Shown: positions 12,311 through 24,588 of the stretch, piece by piece | Numbering within the stretch: the first letter of the stretch is position 1 | How the letters are laid out: each line of letters starts with the position of its first letter | Assembly: GCA_030390025.1 (NCBI GenBank) | Contig: CM059432.1 | Coordinates: 58,158,001 to 58,222,000 of the forward strand | DNA: 64,000 nt | Source of the DNA: Squalus acanthias | Taxonomy: Eukaryota | Reading direction: 5' to 3' | Notes under the pieces: generated by a model | The model's database searches: none | The model's input: the letters and a program-made list of their open reading frames with translations, nothing else | What the model was told of the DNA's origin: nothing | Translations under genes and position numbers: made by a program

Positions 12311-15120
12311 GACCCGTGGAGGTGGGTTTGGAGGCGTGTGGGGGGTTAAAATTGCGAAAACTGGCGGGTGGGCACAAGTCCGCCTCCATCCCGCCTCCAC
12401 GCAATTTTCATTAAATCGTGTCTGCTGGTCCCGACTCCGTCCCGCCTCTAAGAGGCAGGATAGGCTGTTAAGGCCCTTAACAAGCACTAAATTGCTTCTA
12501 TAATGCCATTTTGAAAGACCTTTGTGATTTTAACCCTTTTTCTACGTGAAGCACGCCTGTTCTGAACCACGAATGTGAAACCTGGCGGGAGCACATTTGG
12601 ATAGCTGACGCTGGCTGGCTATGGGGATGCATATATGGATAGCTATGTGGATGGATGTATATATGGATGGAGAGGAGACATATCTGGGAGTGGTGGTGTA
12701 AAAATATCTGGGAGCAGACTTCGGGCTGCTGCTGCTCATTTTGCATCCAGGTCCTCTCACAGCAAAGGCCAGGCAGTCTCTGAAGACCTTCAATGCAGCA
12801 GCAATGATGACATCATCAGAGGCGACTTTCAGACTGAAAATACTAATTGGTTCATGGGTTCCCACATGCTGGAACTCAATTGCCCAATTAGGTGAAAATT
12901 GCATCAATCTCCCACATCCAATTGCAGTCGGGTGGATAACACGAAAAGTGGATAACACGACCCCAACCCGCCCCAGTATCAAAATCCAGCCCAATGTGTA
13001 CATTGGAAAACCAGGACAGAACAATGCAGGAAACAATGAAACAAAAATCTGAGGGATCAGAACAGCTGGGGACATCTCTCTGACTCATTTATCAGATTGC
13101 TCTCCTTGCAGCAGTATGAGAACGCAATCTCACTTTAAGAGGTGCAGCTCCGCCTTAAATAGGCCTCAGCATGCCCACCAGAAACTGCGCCCATGAGGTG
13201 AGTGGGCTTGCCCGATTCCAGACATGATCGGGTGGGCAGCCCATCAATCATATTGAAATGAGACCTGGGAGTTAAAATCCCCTGGCTTCGCACTGGTGAT
13301 ATCATGTGCGGGCTTCCCACTCCCCCACTCCCTGATTCGCATCCCGAGTTAAAATCAGGGCTAATATATCTGTTTTATTTCCTTCTCATCTGTAAGAATA
13401 ATATTTATAGAATGTATTGTATTATGTTTCTAGTGCTTAACTTCAAAAAGAAATGGAAGATGGACAGCTGAACAGTACAGGCCCAATGTTTTTCCAGTGA
13501 TAAAATTATGAACAACATTAAGAACAGAAAGCAATTGAACAGTAATGTGAAGCAGTAACCATCCCCTTTAAAAATGAAAGCAGCTTGGTAACTATTTATT
13601 TACCATAATAAGTACGATACAGTCGATAGTTAAGATGTAGCTTTAAGACACCTATAATTCATGCCTGTCATTACAGTGGCTCCGCACTGTACAATACTCC
13701 TTGTTTCTCTGAATCCTGATGCAATCAACATTATCCATGCTTCCTGTCTATAACCATCATTATAGGTGGTACAGTAGAAGTAGGCCACCAGGCCACATCA
13801 TGCCATGTCCCACCATGCCATGCTACGACTCTTGAGAATTTATTGGGCAAACTAAAAATGTTAACGTACTGAACAAATGAATGTTGTACTAGATATTTTA
13901 TAAGCATGTTCACTGTTCTTGACTACTGAAGGCCATTTCCAGCCCATGCCTGAAGTCATCAGCCTTGATTCCGGACATTAATTTTCATCTCTGACTACTT
14001 CTGTTGTTTCCACCAGTCCTTAATAAAAATGTAGTTATTAATCCTTACAATTGTTTCTACTTCATAAAGTAATGTTTTAAAAGCTGCCAGTATATTCATA
14101 CCCCCCTCCTTGGTGTACTAGCATGTTTACATCAGGACTACTATGAAAGGTCATCAGAAGAACACTGAAATTATAATTTAATTGTCCATAAAATTCAATT
14201 CACATTGCCAGAAAATAGATTTATTTAGCTCTATGCTGCATAAAACTTCTATTCATATTGGCAGTGGCAATAACTCTAAGGAGGATAGCATTTTTATGTG
14301 CAGTCTACGGGCATGAATCTTGCTCCTTAGATATTCATCTGGCTCTGTGTTATTTATTATGGGGCAGCCCTTTCTTGTCCTCCATGTGCCACAAAGGGAT
14401 TTCCCACGGGGAATATCTCTGCTCTTTGAAAGAAGAGGACCAGTGCAGGGTAAACTACTGAAGGATGGAGAGATTTGGATTCAGATAAAGATATGGGCCA
14501 CGATTTTCCACCGTCATTGAAACCCGGCACATCTTCAGCACGGTGGGAGTTCCGTCCGGCATAAGGATGTGCTACTGATCCCATCTGATTTTCCAGGATC
14601 AGGGTGATTTATATTTTTGGGCAAGCTCCTCCGGCTTCACTGGGTGTCGACATGGAGAGGCAGCAGAGCAGTGTAGATGGCTCGCCTGTTTGATGACGCT
14701 CCTGGGAAGAGGCTTGGGATATTTTACTACATTGAATGCAGTATGGCCTAGAAATTTGAACCCTTAGCGCCGTCCATTAAGGCCGGTTCTGAAGAAAAAA
14801 TGGCGGCCGTCTTGCTTCCGCCGACTTCTGGCGTGGAATGCGAAAGCTGCCATATTGGGCAAGTCGGCAGCGCTGCTGTTGCCTGCGCTCGCTGCAAGTA
14901 TTTTAATTACCAGGAGCGTGACGGCAATTGCTGTGCAACGCTGAAATGACGCACACTCATCGATTTTGGACATCGCCGTTCCTCTTACCGTCCTTTCCAA
15001 AGCACGCCCGTGCGTGCAGCTGTTGACAGCGCGTAGAGCCGGGAGAAAGCGGCGGTGAGCTATAAATTGTACAGTAAACAGCTGCTGAGATAACTGGTAA
15101 CTATGGAGAGCTCAGACTAT

Positions 15121-15931
15121 GGGGGGAAATTTATCAATGGGGGCACGTTGGGGGCGGAACTGCTGGTTGTCAGGTTTCAGTCCCGCCCCCAACGACGTCT
15201 GGCCAACCCACGCTATTTTCCCTTGATTGACCTCGTTAGCAGGCCAATTAAGGGAAAGCCGGTGACAGAGAACGTCAGCGTATGACGTTTCATCTGTCAA
15301 AAATTTTTGACAGATGAATTGTCATCGTTTGACAGCTTTGAGAAGCTGTCAAACACTGACAATCTCTGTTCTTTGGTGAGTCCTTGTACTCAAGACTCAC
15401 CAAACCTCTTTCCTGAGCAGAAATCAGATGGCTGATGCATCGGAGAATGCAGCAGCCATTCTGTCATCTCTGTCGTGGAGATGAGGAGCCTCCAGATCCC
15501 CAACGGTTGAAGCCTGCAGGAAGAAACAAAGGTAAGTAAACTTTTTCTAACACTTTTCACTCACCTCACATACTTACCTCTCCACACTTGCACCCATCAC
15601 TCACCTCCACAGTGCACTTGTCGACCCCTCTCACCCTCGCAGACCCACTGCTCGCCTCGCTGACCCTGGCGGGGTTTCCCGATGTCGGGAAGCCCGCACT
15701 TGTGTTGGTAAAATGGGGATAAGCCTCTTAACTGTCTGTTAACTACCTGTTAACAGGCAGTTAAGTGGCTGTAATCCCCTTCCCGCCTCGAGGAGATGGG
15801 TCCCTGCGCGAGTCGGGAAGATGGCACGGAGGCGGGTCGGGAACAGGTTCGGTACCCGCTCCCAGTTTCTGCCATTTTTCCGGCAGTCCCGCCTCCAAAC
15901 CCACCTCCCCAGGGCTGGCAAAATTCCGCCC
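15121..15931 (+). mobile_element. Harbinger-type MITE with internal hairpin array
   Basis: TIRs GGGGGGAAATTTATCA / TGGCAAAATTCCGCCC, TAT target-site duplication (15118-15120, 15932-15934); second copy at 62258-62655. Confidence 0.85.
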
Positions 15932-16468
15932 TATGTAATTGGAATGAAAATTGCTTACATGAGATGCATCAAATCTCCCCCGGTCAGTCAAACATTACAG
16001 GTGGTAAATACTTTTAAAATAAACTATACTGTACTACAGTTGTAAGAATCTCAGGAAAAAAAATCAAAGCTGCATTTCCTTAAATTTTATACATTGTTTT
16101 TTCTAGTTTAGGAACTGATAAAATAATATGCAAAGTTTGGAAGTCTGTTTTTTAAGGCCAAGCATTAAGGAAAATTTAGCACCATATTCTCACCAAGAGT
16201 TCTTCAAATGTCTGTTGTTGCTAAAAATTTAATTGAACTTTCTTCTGCATGATTTACACCAGTGAACTCCTGACCAAGAGGTTCATATTTTCCTTTTAAA
16301 AATGCATTTCAATTCACATTTACCGCGCTACTTTTAAATAAGTTACACCCAAATAACTGACTTCAATTATCTTTCAGTTTATTGCAAAAATTCTTTAATA
16401 TGATCCAGATTGAGCTGGCTTTTTTTTCGTTGTTGCTTAATTTAATTTTTTTTGATCTTTTCATCAAG

Positions 16469-16518
16469 ACCCAGTTTACATCAAGAAACTGCTGATGAAC
16501 ACGCTAAACAAAGAAATA
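16469..16518 (+). CDS. Candidate 50-nt internal exon of an unidentified host gene
   Basis: Long polypyrimidine tract plus AG before, GTAAGA donor after, in non-repeat AT-rich DNA; two open frames (PVYIKKLLMNTLNKEI or PSLHQETADEHAKQRN). Confidence 0.35.
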
Positions 16519-16889
16519 GTAAGATTTATAGAGGGTTGTTTGTTCTTATTGAAAATATATACATAGGTGCCAATACAACCATAATCCTAAAGTAAGCTTG
16601 GAAGAACAGCTTGGAATTTCCATAGTGCATGTCTTGTATTCATTGCCCTATTTTAACAAAATTTAGCAAGTGGCCAGTACCCACCGCTATCTCTTGCATC
16701 CTTGCCACTTTAGCAATACCTCTCTTCCATATAATGGCACTACTTCCTTTATATTGCACTCAGTCCATTAAATTTTCTGCATTTGGCTTATATTTTGGGC
16801 ATAATCTCAGGATTTCTCATGCAATAGTTTAAGGGCATCTATGCATGGCTTTCACTTGGAAATGTACTGTTAATATGGTGACTGCCCGA

Positions 16890-18262
16890 GAACGCCGCAC
16901 CAAGTTAGCCCTCCTCCAGTTAAGTATTTTTATGCTTGATTGTACCTTGTCCTTTTCCATAACTATTCTAAAGCTGAAAATATTAAGATGACTATTCCCC
17001 AAATGCTCACCCATTGAAACAGGCTCCACTTCATTCCCCAGAACTAGTTCCAGCACTGCTTCCTTCTTTGTTGGGCTGGAAACTCACTGATCAAGAAAGT
17101 TCTCTTGTACACATTTCAGGAATTTCTCCCACTCTCTGCCCTTTACACTGTTACTATGCCAGTCCATATTAGGATAATAGAAGTCCCCCATTATCACTGC
17201 TCTGTAGTTCTTGCATCTTTCTGTAATTTGCCTGCAGATCTGCTCCTCTATCTCCTTCCCACTATTTGGTGGCCTATAGTATACACCCAGTGACATAACA
17301 GCTCCTCTATTGTTCCTTAATTCTAACCAAATAGACTCTGTCTTTGACCCCTCAACTACATCATCCCTCTCCAGGGCTGTAATAGTTTCTTTGATCAATA
17401 CTGTCACACCCCTCTATTTTCTCCTTCCCTATCTTTCCTAAATACCTTGTAGCCAAGAATATTAAGTTTCCAATCCTCCCCTTCTTTGAGCCAAGTCTCT
17501 GTTATTGCCACGACATCATAGTCCCATGTGGCAACTTGTGCCATTAGCTCACCAACCTTATTCACCACGCTCCGTGCATTTACGCACATTCACTCCAAAC
17601 TCATCTGAGACGGCCTTGCATTTTGCCGTTGTCTGATCTTTCCTATTTCTGAACTATTCTTTAATCTAGTGCTATTTTCTCTCCCAGTCCTCTGTGCACC
17701 TTGTTTCTCCTCTCTAATGTTTCATCCTGGTGCCCATCCCCCTGCCTAATTAGTTTAAATCCTCCCCCACTAGTTAACCTACCAGTGTGGACATTGGTCC
17801 TAGCTCTGTTGAGGTGCAACCTGTTCACCTTGAGCAGCTGCATCTTGCCCCAGATCTGGTCCCAATTCCCCAGGAATTTGAGGTCCTCCCTCCTGCACCA
17901 TTTCTCCAGCCACACGTTAGCTTGTCTTATCCTAGTATTCCTATACTCACTAGCGCACGGCACTGGGAGTAATCCAGAGATTACTACCTTTGAAGTCCTG
18001 CTCGTTAATTTCCTCCCAAGCTCCTGAAACTCTGACTGCAGGACCTCAACTATTTCCTTCCTATGTCATTGCTTCCAACATGAATCATAACTTATGGCTG
18101 TTCCCCTTTCCCCCTCAAAATGTTCTGCACCCTCTCATGATGTCCTTTACCCTGGCACCAGGGAGGCAACACACCATGCGGGACTCACGTCAGCGGTTGC
18201 AGAACTGCCTGTCTATGCCCCTGACTATCGAATCCCCTATGAGCACTGCATTTCTACACTTT
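16890..18262 (-). mobile_element. CR1 LINE fragment: ORF1 esterase part and ORF2 APE endonuclease, decayed
   Basis: IGDSIVRG (SGNH/GDSL esterase), CVNARSVVNK, ITETWL, YRPPNS and GDF motifs in broken minus-strand ORFs. Confidence 0.9.
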
Positions 18263-18825
18263 ACTGTGCCACCCTGTGCTCCCCTGCTGCGGTGGAGATC
18301 CCACCCCCTGCACAGCGAATAAACTCCGACCCAGGAAAATAGGTTGATATTACAGCAGTGTTGAGTTGGCAGGCGGAAGTCCTGCCCTGCTGTGAGAAGG
18401 AGAGTCCAGTCCATTATGTCATCCTATTTTTCCACACGATTTTCCTACAACAGGAAGCGCCCACGTATGCTGGACATTTGTGCAGTTGCAAAGACCTGGT
18501 GCAGATACCTCAAAATTCAATCAAGGTGTGTCCATTTTCTCCAATAACACTAAAAACTCAGAGGAAATTGTGATATTTGGATTTCCACTCAAAAAATTAA
18601 GCAGATTGTAAATGATGCAAACCAGGGCTGTATTCATGTTTTCAAAACTGCAGATATAATACAAACACAAACAATCCCTTTATGAATATATGCTCGTGGC
18701 TGTTGTCTTGCTCTAATTTCAGCTGTCAGCTGTCAGCCGGTATTAGAGAAAATTGTCTTTTGTTCTGTTGCATTAAGAACTCGCCACAAGAGAGTGGGAG
18801 GGATTCTCTTCTTTGGGGTGGAATA

Positions 18826-19020
18826 GAGAAAGAAAGAAATTGCATTTATATAGCTCCTTTCATGACCTCAGAACGTCCCAACGGGCTTTACAGCCAATGA
18901 ATTCCGATTGAAGTGTAGTCACGGTTGCAATGTAGGGAAACGCAGCAGTCAAATTGTGCACAGCAAGATCTCACAGACAGCAAGGAGCTAAATGACCAGA
19001 TCATCTGTTTCTCCAGTAAT
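18826..19020 (-). mobile_element. 3' tail fragment of DeuSINE/L2-type element
   Basis: Reverse complement of the tail at 2760-2900; similar tails at 28630-28735 (+), 29985-30080 (-) and 55810-55915 (-). Confidence 0.7.
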
Positions 19021-19419
19021 GTTGGCAGGACTCTGCCCGCCGCTCCCAATTCCGATGCATTTCCCTGGATCAGGGGTCGTTGGGTATGCACAGCCGGCTG
19101 CTGACACAGTTCCAGCCACCAAGATCCCAGCAGAGCTGCAGCAGGACATTCAAGGCCATATTTGTGATATTTGGTACCTTCGCTAGTCCGGACCCACTGC
19201 CACCTTCCACATGCTGGTCCCAGGAAGTGGAGCTAACTGGGGCAGCTGGGAGGGAAATTGGACATGGAGCGGAGTCCCATCCCTCCCGCTGGCATTTGCA
19301 AGGGGTGGAGGAACGGCAACCAATGTTGGCTCCTACAGGGGCAGGCGGAGGGAAACTGGGGCAGTGATGGGGTGGCATGCCTCACCACCAGATTTTGTCT
19401 CATTCTCTGTCGCTATCCA

Positions 19420-19720
19420 TAAATGTAAGATAGCCACTAATAACTCCAATAAGGAATTCAGGAGAAACTTCTTTACTCAGAGAGTGGTGAGAATGTGGAA
19501 CTCATTACCACATAGAGTGGTTGAGGTGAGTAGCATAGATGCCTGTTAGGGGAAGTTAGATAAGCACATAGCACATAGGGAGAAAGGAATCGAAGGATAT
19601 GTTGATAGGCTGAGATGAAGTAAGGTGGGTGGAGGCTCGTGGGGAGCATAAACACCGGCAGAGACCTGTTGGGCCGAATGGCCTGTTTCTGTGCTGTAAA
19701 TACTATGTATTACTATGTAT
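19420..19720 (+). mobile_element. CR1 LINE 3' end fragment
   Basis: RRNFFTQRVVRMWNSLP, GGGCCGAATGGCC stem-loop and TACTATGTA tail repeats. Confidence 0.85.
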
Positions 19721-20340
19721 TACTGTGCAATATACAGCCCATTTTGGCCGGGATTCTGCAGAAGAATCCAGCCTGGTGGGCTAGATTTTGATCACTGGGT
19801 GGCTGGCCGTCCCCCCCAATAATGCCAACGGAGGCTCGGTCCATTTTGAGGACAGGGCCTCATTACCATCTCGTCGGAAAATGGAGCCCCCAGGCAGCCT
19901 GCTGGCACTGGGTTGGCACAATGTCGGGTCGCCCGGAGGTTGGCCCAGCCTGGAGAAAGGTCAGTCTGTACATGGTGGGGGGAGTGACTCAGCCTGGCAG
20001 TGCCCAAGGTGATTTTTGCGCAGCCCAGAGGAGCACTCCTGCTCCACATAGAAATAAATTAAAACTTATCTTTAGGCTCCTCCTCGGCTGGTCTGCCAGC
20101 TGAAACTGCGCATGCTCCACCTAGGGTCATATCAGGGCCATATGTGCGTTATATTTGCGTATTAAGAGGACCTACTGCCTGCACCGGGCTTTCGCTGCCC
20201 AGTGGTTGGCCCTTTCGAAGGTGGTGGCGGCCGGAGCTAATTCTGGGCCGCTGCAGCCCTGTTTACAGCAAGCAGCCCAAGTTAAAATGAACCCGGTGTC
20301 CCTCTCCAGAGTCTGTCCCCACCCTTGTTTCTCACACATT

Positions 20341-21081
20341 GGCCCAAAAATTAGTGAGGGAGCCTTCGTGCGGGGGTAAGGCTTCCCCGCGATATCTCAC
20401 TGCGCGCCGGCTTTTTCATTCCCAGCTCGCACGAACTTGATGTTCTAGACAGCAGCTGTGCAGTGTTTCCGTATCCCACAGGCGCAGTTAATTCGTGCGA
20501 GCTGTGGGATCACGTGATTCAGTTAGAGCCAATGGCAGCACACCATCTTTCATTCATAGTTTTCACATAAGTGCTGTGAAAGCTATGAATCTATACCCCC
20601 CCCAAAAGAACAGCTAAACCTCAATTAAATTAAAAAAAACCATCACATTAATAAAATAAGTATAGTTAAATAAATTAACCACTTTAAACAAAAAATTAAA
20701 TTTTTGAAAAAATTTAAAATCTTTTAAAAAGTTATAAAAATAAACTTACCTTTCTTTAAAGTCTCTAAAAAAGATATACCTGTTGAAAAAAATTCAAAAT
20801 AATACTTAATTAACTACTTACCTTGTTAAAAGAGGGTCTTACGCCTCCTTTCTTTATGTGCAAAATCTTCCATGCTTACCTGCGCGTTCAAAGCACTAAG
20901 TGCACTGCGTGCGCGCAGCCTGTAGCGCGCACGCGGCTCACTTAGGAACCGCCCCCTTTTGAAATCACCAAGTGCCGGTTTTAAGCGCATGCGCAGTGCA
21001 TGCAGAAAACCGGCAATTGGAGACAGAATACGCGAGAGTACACAGTGCATACTCTCGCGTAGAGGCACTAATTTTTGGGCC
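20341..21081. mobile_element. Harbinger-type MITE
   Basis: Perfect 16-bp TIRs GGCCCAAAAATTAGTG / CACTAATTTTTGGGCC, ATT duplicated on both sides; GC-rich ends and AT-rich core. Confidence 0.9.
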
Positions 21082-22367
21082 ATTATAAACATTGCTGTTA
21101 CTGAGAAGGTGAAAATAACATCGTCCTTTCACTGAAGCAAACTTTTTATTTGCTCCAACAACAGAGCCAAAAATGCATTGGCATCGGGGCAAACTATATT
21201 TGTGCTGCTACAGCAAATGGAACATTTTCTAAAACACAGGGCTTTTCACAGCATTTGCTGCACCTCATGCAGTCACTGCTGAATCCTTTTGATTCTGAAA
21301 CTTTAATCACCATCTAAAAGCTGTCACATTTTGTTTGATCAAATGTAGCAGTGACCAGTTTGAACCGCCTCCTCAAAAGAATGGTCTTGGTCTACTCTAT
21401 TGGTACAAGTGCTGTCAGTTCTCTGGTGAATAACAAGCTATGAGTCAGCTGGATTCTTTCTAGTTCTTTGGTTCTGGGTTCTTTCTAGTAACAACATGCA
21501 CTTAATGACCCTCAAGGAAGTTGCGAGCTCAGTGACCTTTCGAAGCTGTGAACTCACTAAGTTTGGTAACAGGAGGTCACAGCCGGTGACCAGCGGGAAT
21601 GGTAAGTGGTGTGGGGGCGGTAGGTGAGGGAAGCCTGGGGCCCTAGATTTCCTTGTGAGGCCTGGAGAAGCACTCTTACACCTCCCAGCCCACAAGGAAA
21701 CCTTAAAAAATAACATGAAATGACCTTTTTGGCTCTCTTCTGAGCCTGCTGCTCCTTCACATCAAGTGCTCCTGGCGAGGCTGGCACCAGGCGCCGAACA
21801 CGGCTGCTCACTGTTAAAATGGAGTCGGAGTCTGAATTACATTGTCAGGTCCCAACTTTTCAACGTCAATGAGGCTCTTGCCTGCCTGGGGAGAGGACCT
21901 CGCTGGTTGTCCAAACCGTGCCTGTTAAAATGGTGACAGGTGCAAAGATGACGTGCATAAGGCTACTAGGATTTTAACTCCCCGCATGCTATGTTCTCGT
22001 TGGCGGGTTAAAATCCGGGCTATAGGCGCCCCTGCTTCGGTGTGGTGCCTTACTTGAGTTAAACAGAATGACTCTGAAATTCCACAATGGCTTACCAGTC
22101 CCCAGTCTGGTGGAAGACCAGCAGCACCTCTAGGGAAACGGTATTAGGGCTGTTTTCAACTATTTACACCATTTGCCTGGGTTTTCACCAGTATCACACT
22201 GGTGTTAAAGCAGAAGACAGGTAAAGTCCCCACAGAATTACAGGCCAGTACCTCCTAACTAACCTCCCGCATTCTCCTTCTGAGCCTGGTCACAGCTTGC
22301 CCTTGAAGCTTTCTATTTGAAGACCTGGTTGACTTCAGAGCCTTAGCTGAACCTGACTGACTCCCTG

Positions 22368-23170
22368 GCCCCAGTATTTATACGGAGCTGGGGAGGGAGC
22401 AGGGGAGGCTTTTAGTGGCTGGGAAACCTAGAAATATGGGGAATGCGGAGGTCCTGCCGAATTTAATGGCAGTACCTCATTTGAATTTTTTTCTCCGTTT
22501 CCTGCCGGGCAGCTGTTAACTGAGAGGCTGGTCGCCGGGAAGGCCTGTGGTAGAAGGCTGCAGCCAGGGACCGGAGAAAAGGGAGCAAGGGAAGGAGGGA
22601 GGAAGAGATCACTAGGGGGTGGAGGAGATTGTGGGGGGAAGGGAAGAGATCGCAGGGGCTGAGATCGCGGGGGAGATCATGGGTTGGCATCGGATCGTGG
22701 GAGAGTTGAAGTTCGGATCATGGGGGGTTGGTTCTTGGGGGGAGGGGGGGGTTGTATTGTAGGAGAGGGGTCGGCTGGTCATGGGGGGGAAGGCAGATTG
22801 CGGCAGGTAAGCTTGGGGTGCACTGCTGCTTCTCTCGGCCCACAAGCAGTGCTAGAAAGGTACTTACCTGCTGGATCTGGCCGTTCTCGCCTCCCTTTAG
22901 CTGTCTGATGTCTCGATATTGGGAAACCCAGCCTGCAGCCGTTAAATCCACATAGCTACTAAAATCTGAGGCACACAGCCTCATTTAAATATTATAATTC
23001 CTGACCCACCTCTCGAGAGCAGGTTAATCGCCCGACCCCCAACCTGCCCCGGTTAAACCGGAAGTGGGCGCGTTCGCAGCAGGTTGAGGTTGAGTTTCCC
23101 ATTTTTAAGAATTTAACCCCCCCCGCCCCTCTCCCACCCATCCTGGGGGTGGGGGGTTAAAAGTCCCCCC
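22368..23170 (-). mobile_element. Harbinger-type MITE, inverted copy of the 2993-3749 family
   Basis: Shared blocks in reverse orientation (GGCCCACAAGCAGTGCT, GGTACTTACCTG, GGGAAACCCAGC); TIR-like ends. Confidence 0.7.
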
Positions 23171-23548
23171 CCACCCCTTGAGTTTGTCTCTATCTATAAG
23201 TTTGTTTTGACCCACACAATGGTAGTCTGAAGAGTTAATTAGTTAATGAACTGGGAAGGTGGGTTAGTTCCTTGTAATACAAATTGTTTTGTGCTATTGC
23301 CTAAGATTATCCACATTGTTCCTCAGAACTAATTTGGGACGCCTTTCTGCTTAAAGTGTCATTATATTCAATTTTCTCAGCAGAGCACATAAAGAGCCAG
23401 ACTATATGAATCCTGCTGGTCACCGTTCAAAGAATAGGTACAGTCTGGGGTAGTTACTTGGGTTGAGAGTTTTTTCTGACGCGAAGGGGGCAGCGTCCTT
23501 GATTGGCTGAAGCTCTCTGTGATTAGAAGCTCAGCGGGCAGAGACTTC

Positions 23549-24179
23549 GGGGAAGAATTTAAACTCCTGGGCCAGAAAGTGGCCTACCGAGGGGTCGGCC
23601 TGTCTGGGGCCTGTCTGGAGTTGCTGTGGGAGGTCCAACTGATTTTAACAGCCTGGCCTCATTAACATGGCACTGGCCGACATCCCGACCAAAACAAGAT
23701 AACGGCAGGAAGCGGCTGCCCTCCCGTTAAAATTGGGCAGGTTGGAGGATGCTGGCCGGGCCGAAGGTAAGAGTGCGGATGGGGGTTCTGGGGCCGTTAG
23801 TGATTTGGGAAGGGCGGGGGAGTCTGGACAGGAGATGCCTACATTTCCCTTGTGGAACCAGGATGAGCATTCCTGCTTCTCCTGGTCACAAAGGAAAGAA
23901 ATAAGAGGACCCTCTTCTCCTGCTTATCCTCCTCCTGCACTACTTCAATCACTCAGGCTAACGTTAAAATGATAGTCAAATCCCAGTGACGTCATCGGGA
24001 CCTGATCTTCATATTTAAAGCAGGACTCTGCCAGCTTCAGGGGGGTGTCCTTGGTGCCTGCAATTTTAAACTACAGTCAGCCGGGGTTGGAAGGCCAATG
24101 GATAAGCCTCCTGTTCCATTGTACCTACACCCCACCCCCCACTCGGTTTCTGTCAGGTGGCAGAGTTAAAATCTCCCCC
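23549..24179. mobile_element. Harbinger-type MITE
   Basis: TIR-like GGGGAAGAATTTAAACTC / GAGTTAAAATCTCCCC. Confidence 0.6.
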
Positions 24180-24588
24180 ATCTTATGGAACTCTATTATC
24201 AGTCTACAGACAGTCTTGAGAGAGAGCAGTTAGTGGGGGAAAAATCCGGTATCGACCATTTTGGGGCGCTAACATCGCCTGGGCGCTAACTTTAGCGCCC
24301 GCGCTAATTAGCGCGGCGACCGTGAAATTGAGTTTTAGCACCCCAAGAGGGAAGTGGAGCGCTAAATCAAGCACTACACACTTCTCTTAGGGCGCTAACG
24401 TCGGAGAGCGGGGCGCTACCTTCAGAGCGCTAATCAAGTTCCGGCGCTGTCAATTAGAGAGTCCTCAGACAGACTGGCGCCTTCCAGTTCTTAAAGGAGA
24501 GATTAGTCATGCTGCACAGCCTCACTCTGATCATAGCTGCTTGTCAACTGGGCCTGCAAGGAGCTGCAAGCCTTCACTCAAAGAAGTC

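Noticed and set aside
12310..13362. ORFs 12542-13075 and 12741-13052 within TIR-like GGTTAAAAT-bearing repeats
   Set aside because: Probably nested decayed MITEs; boundaries and coding potential not supportable.
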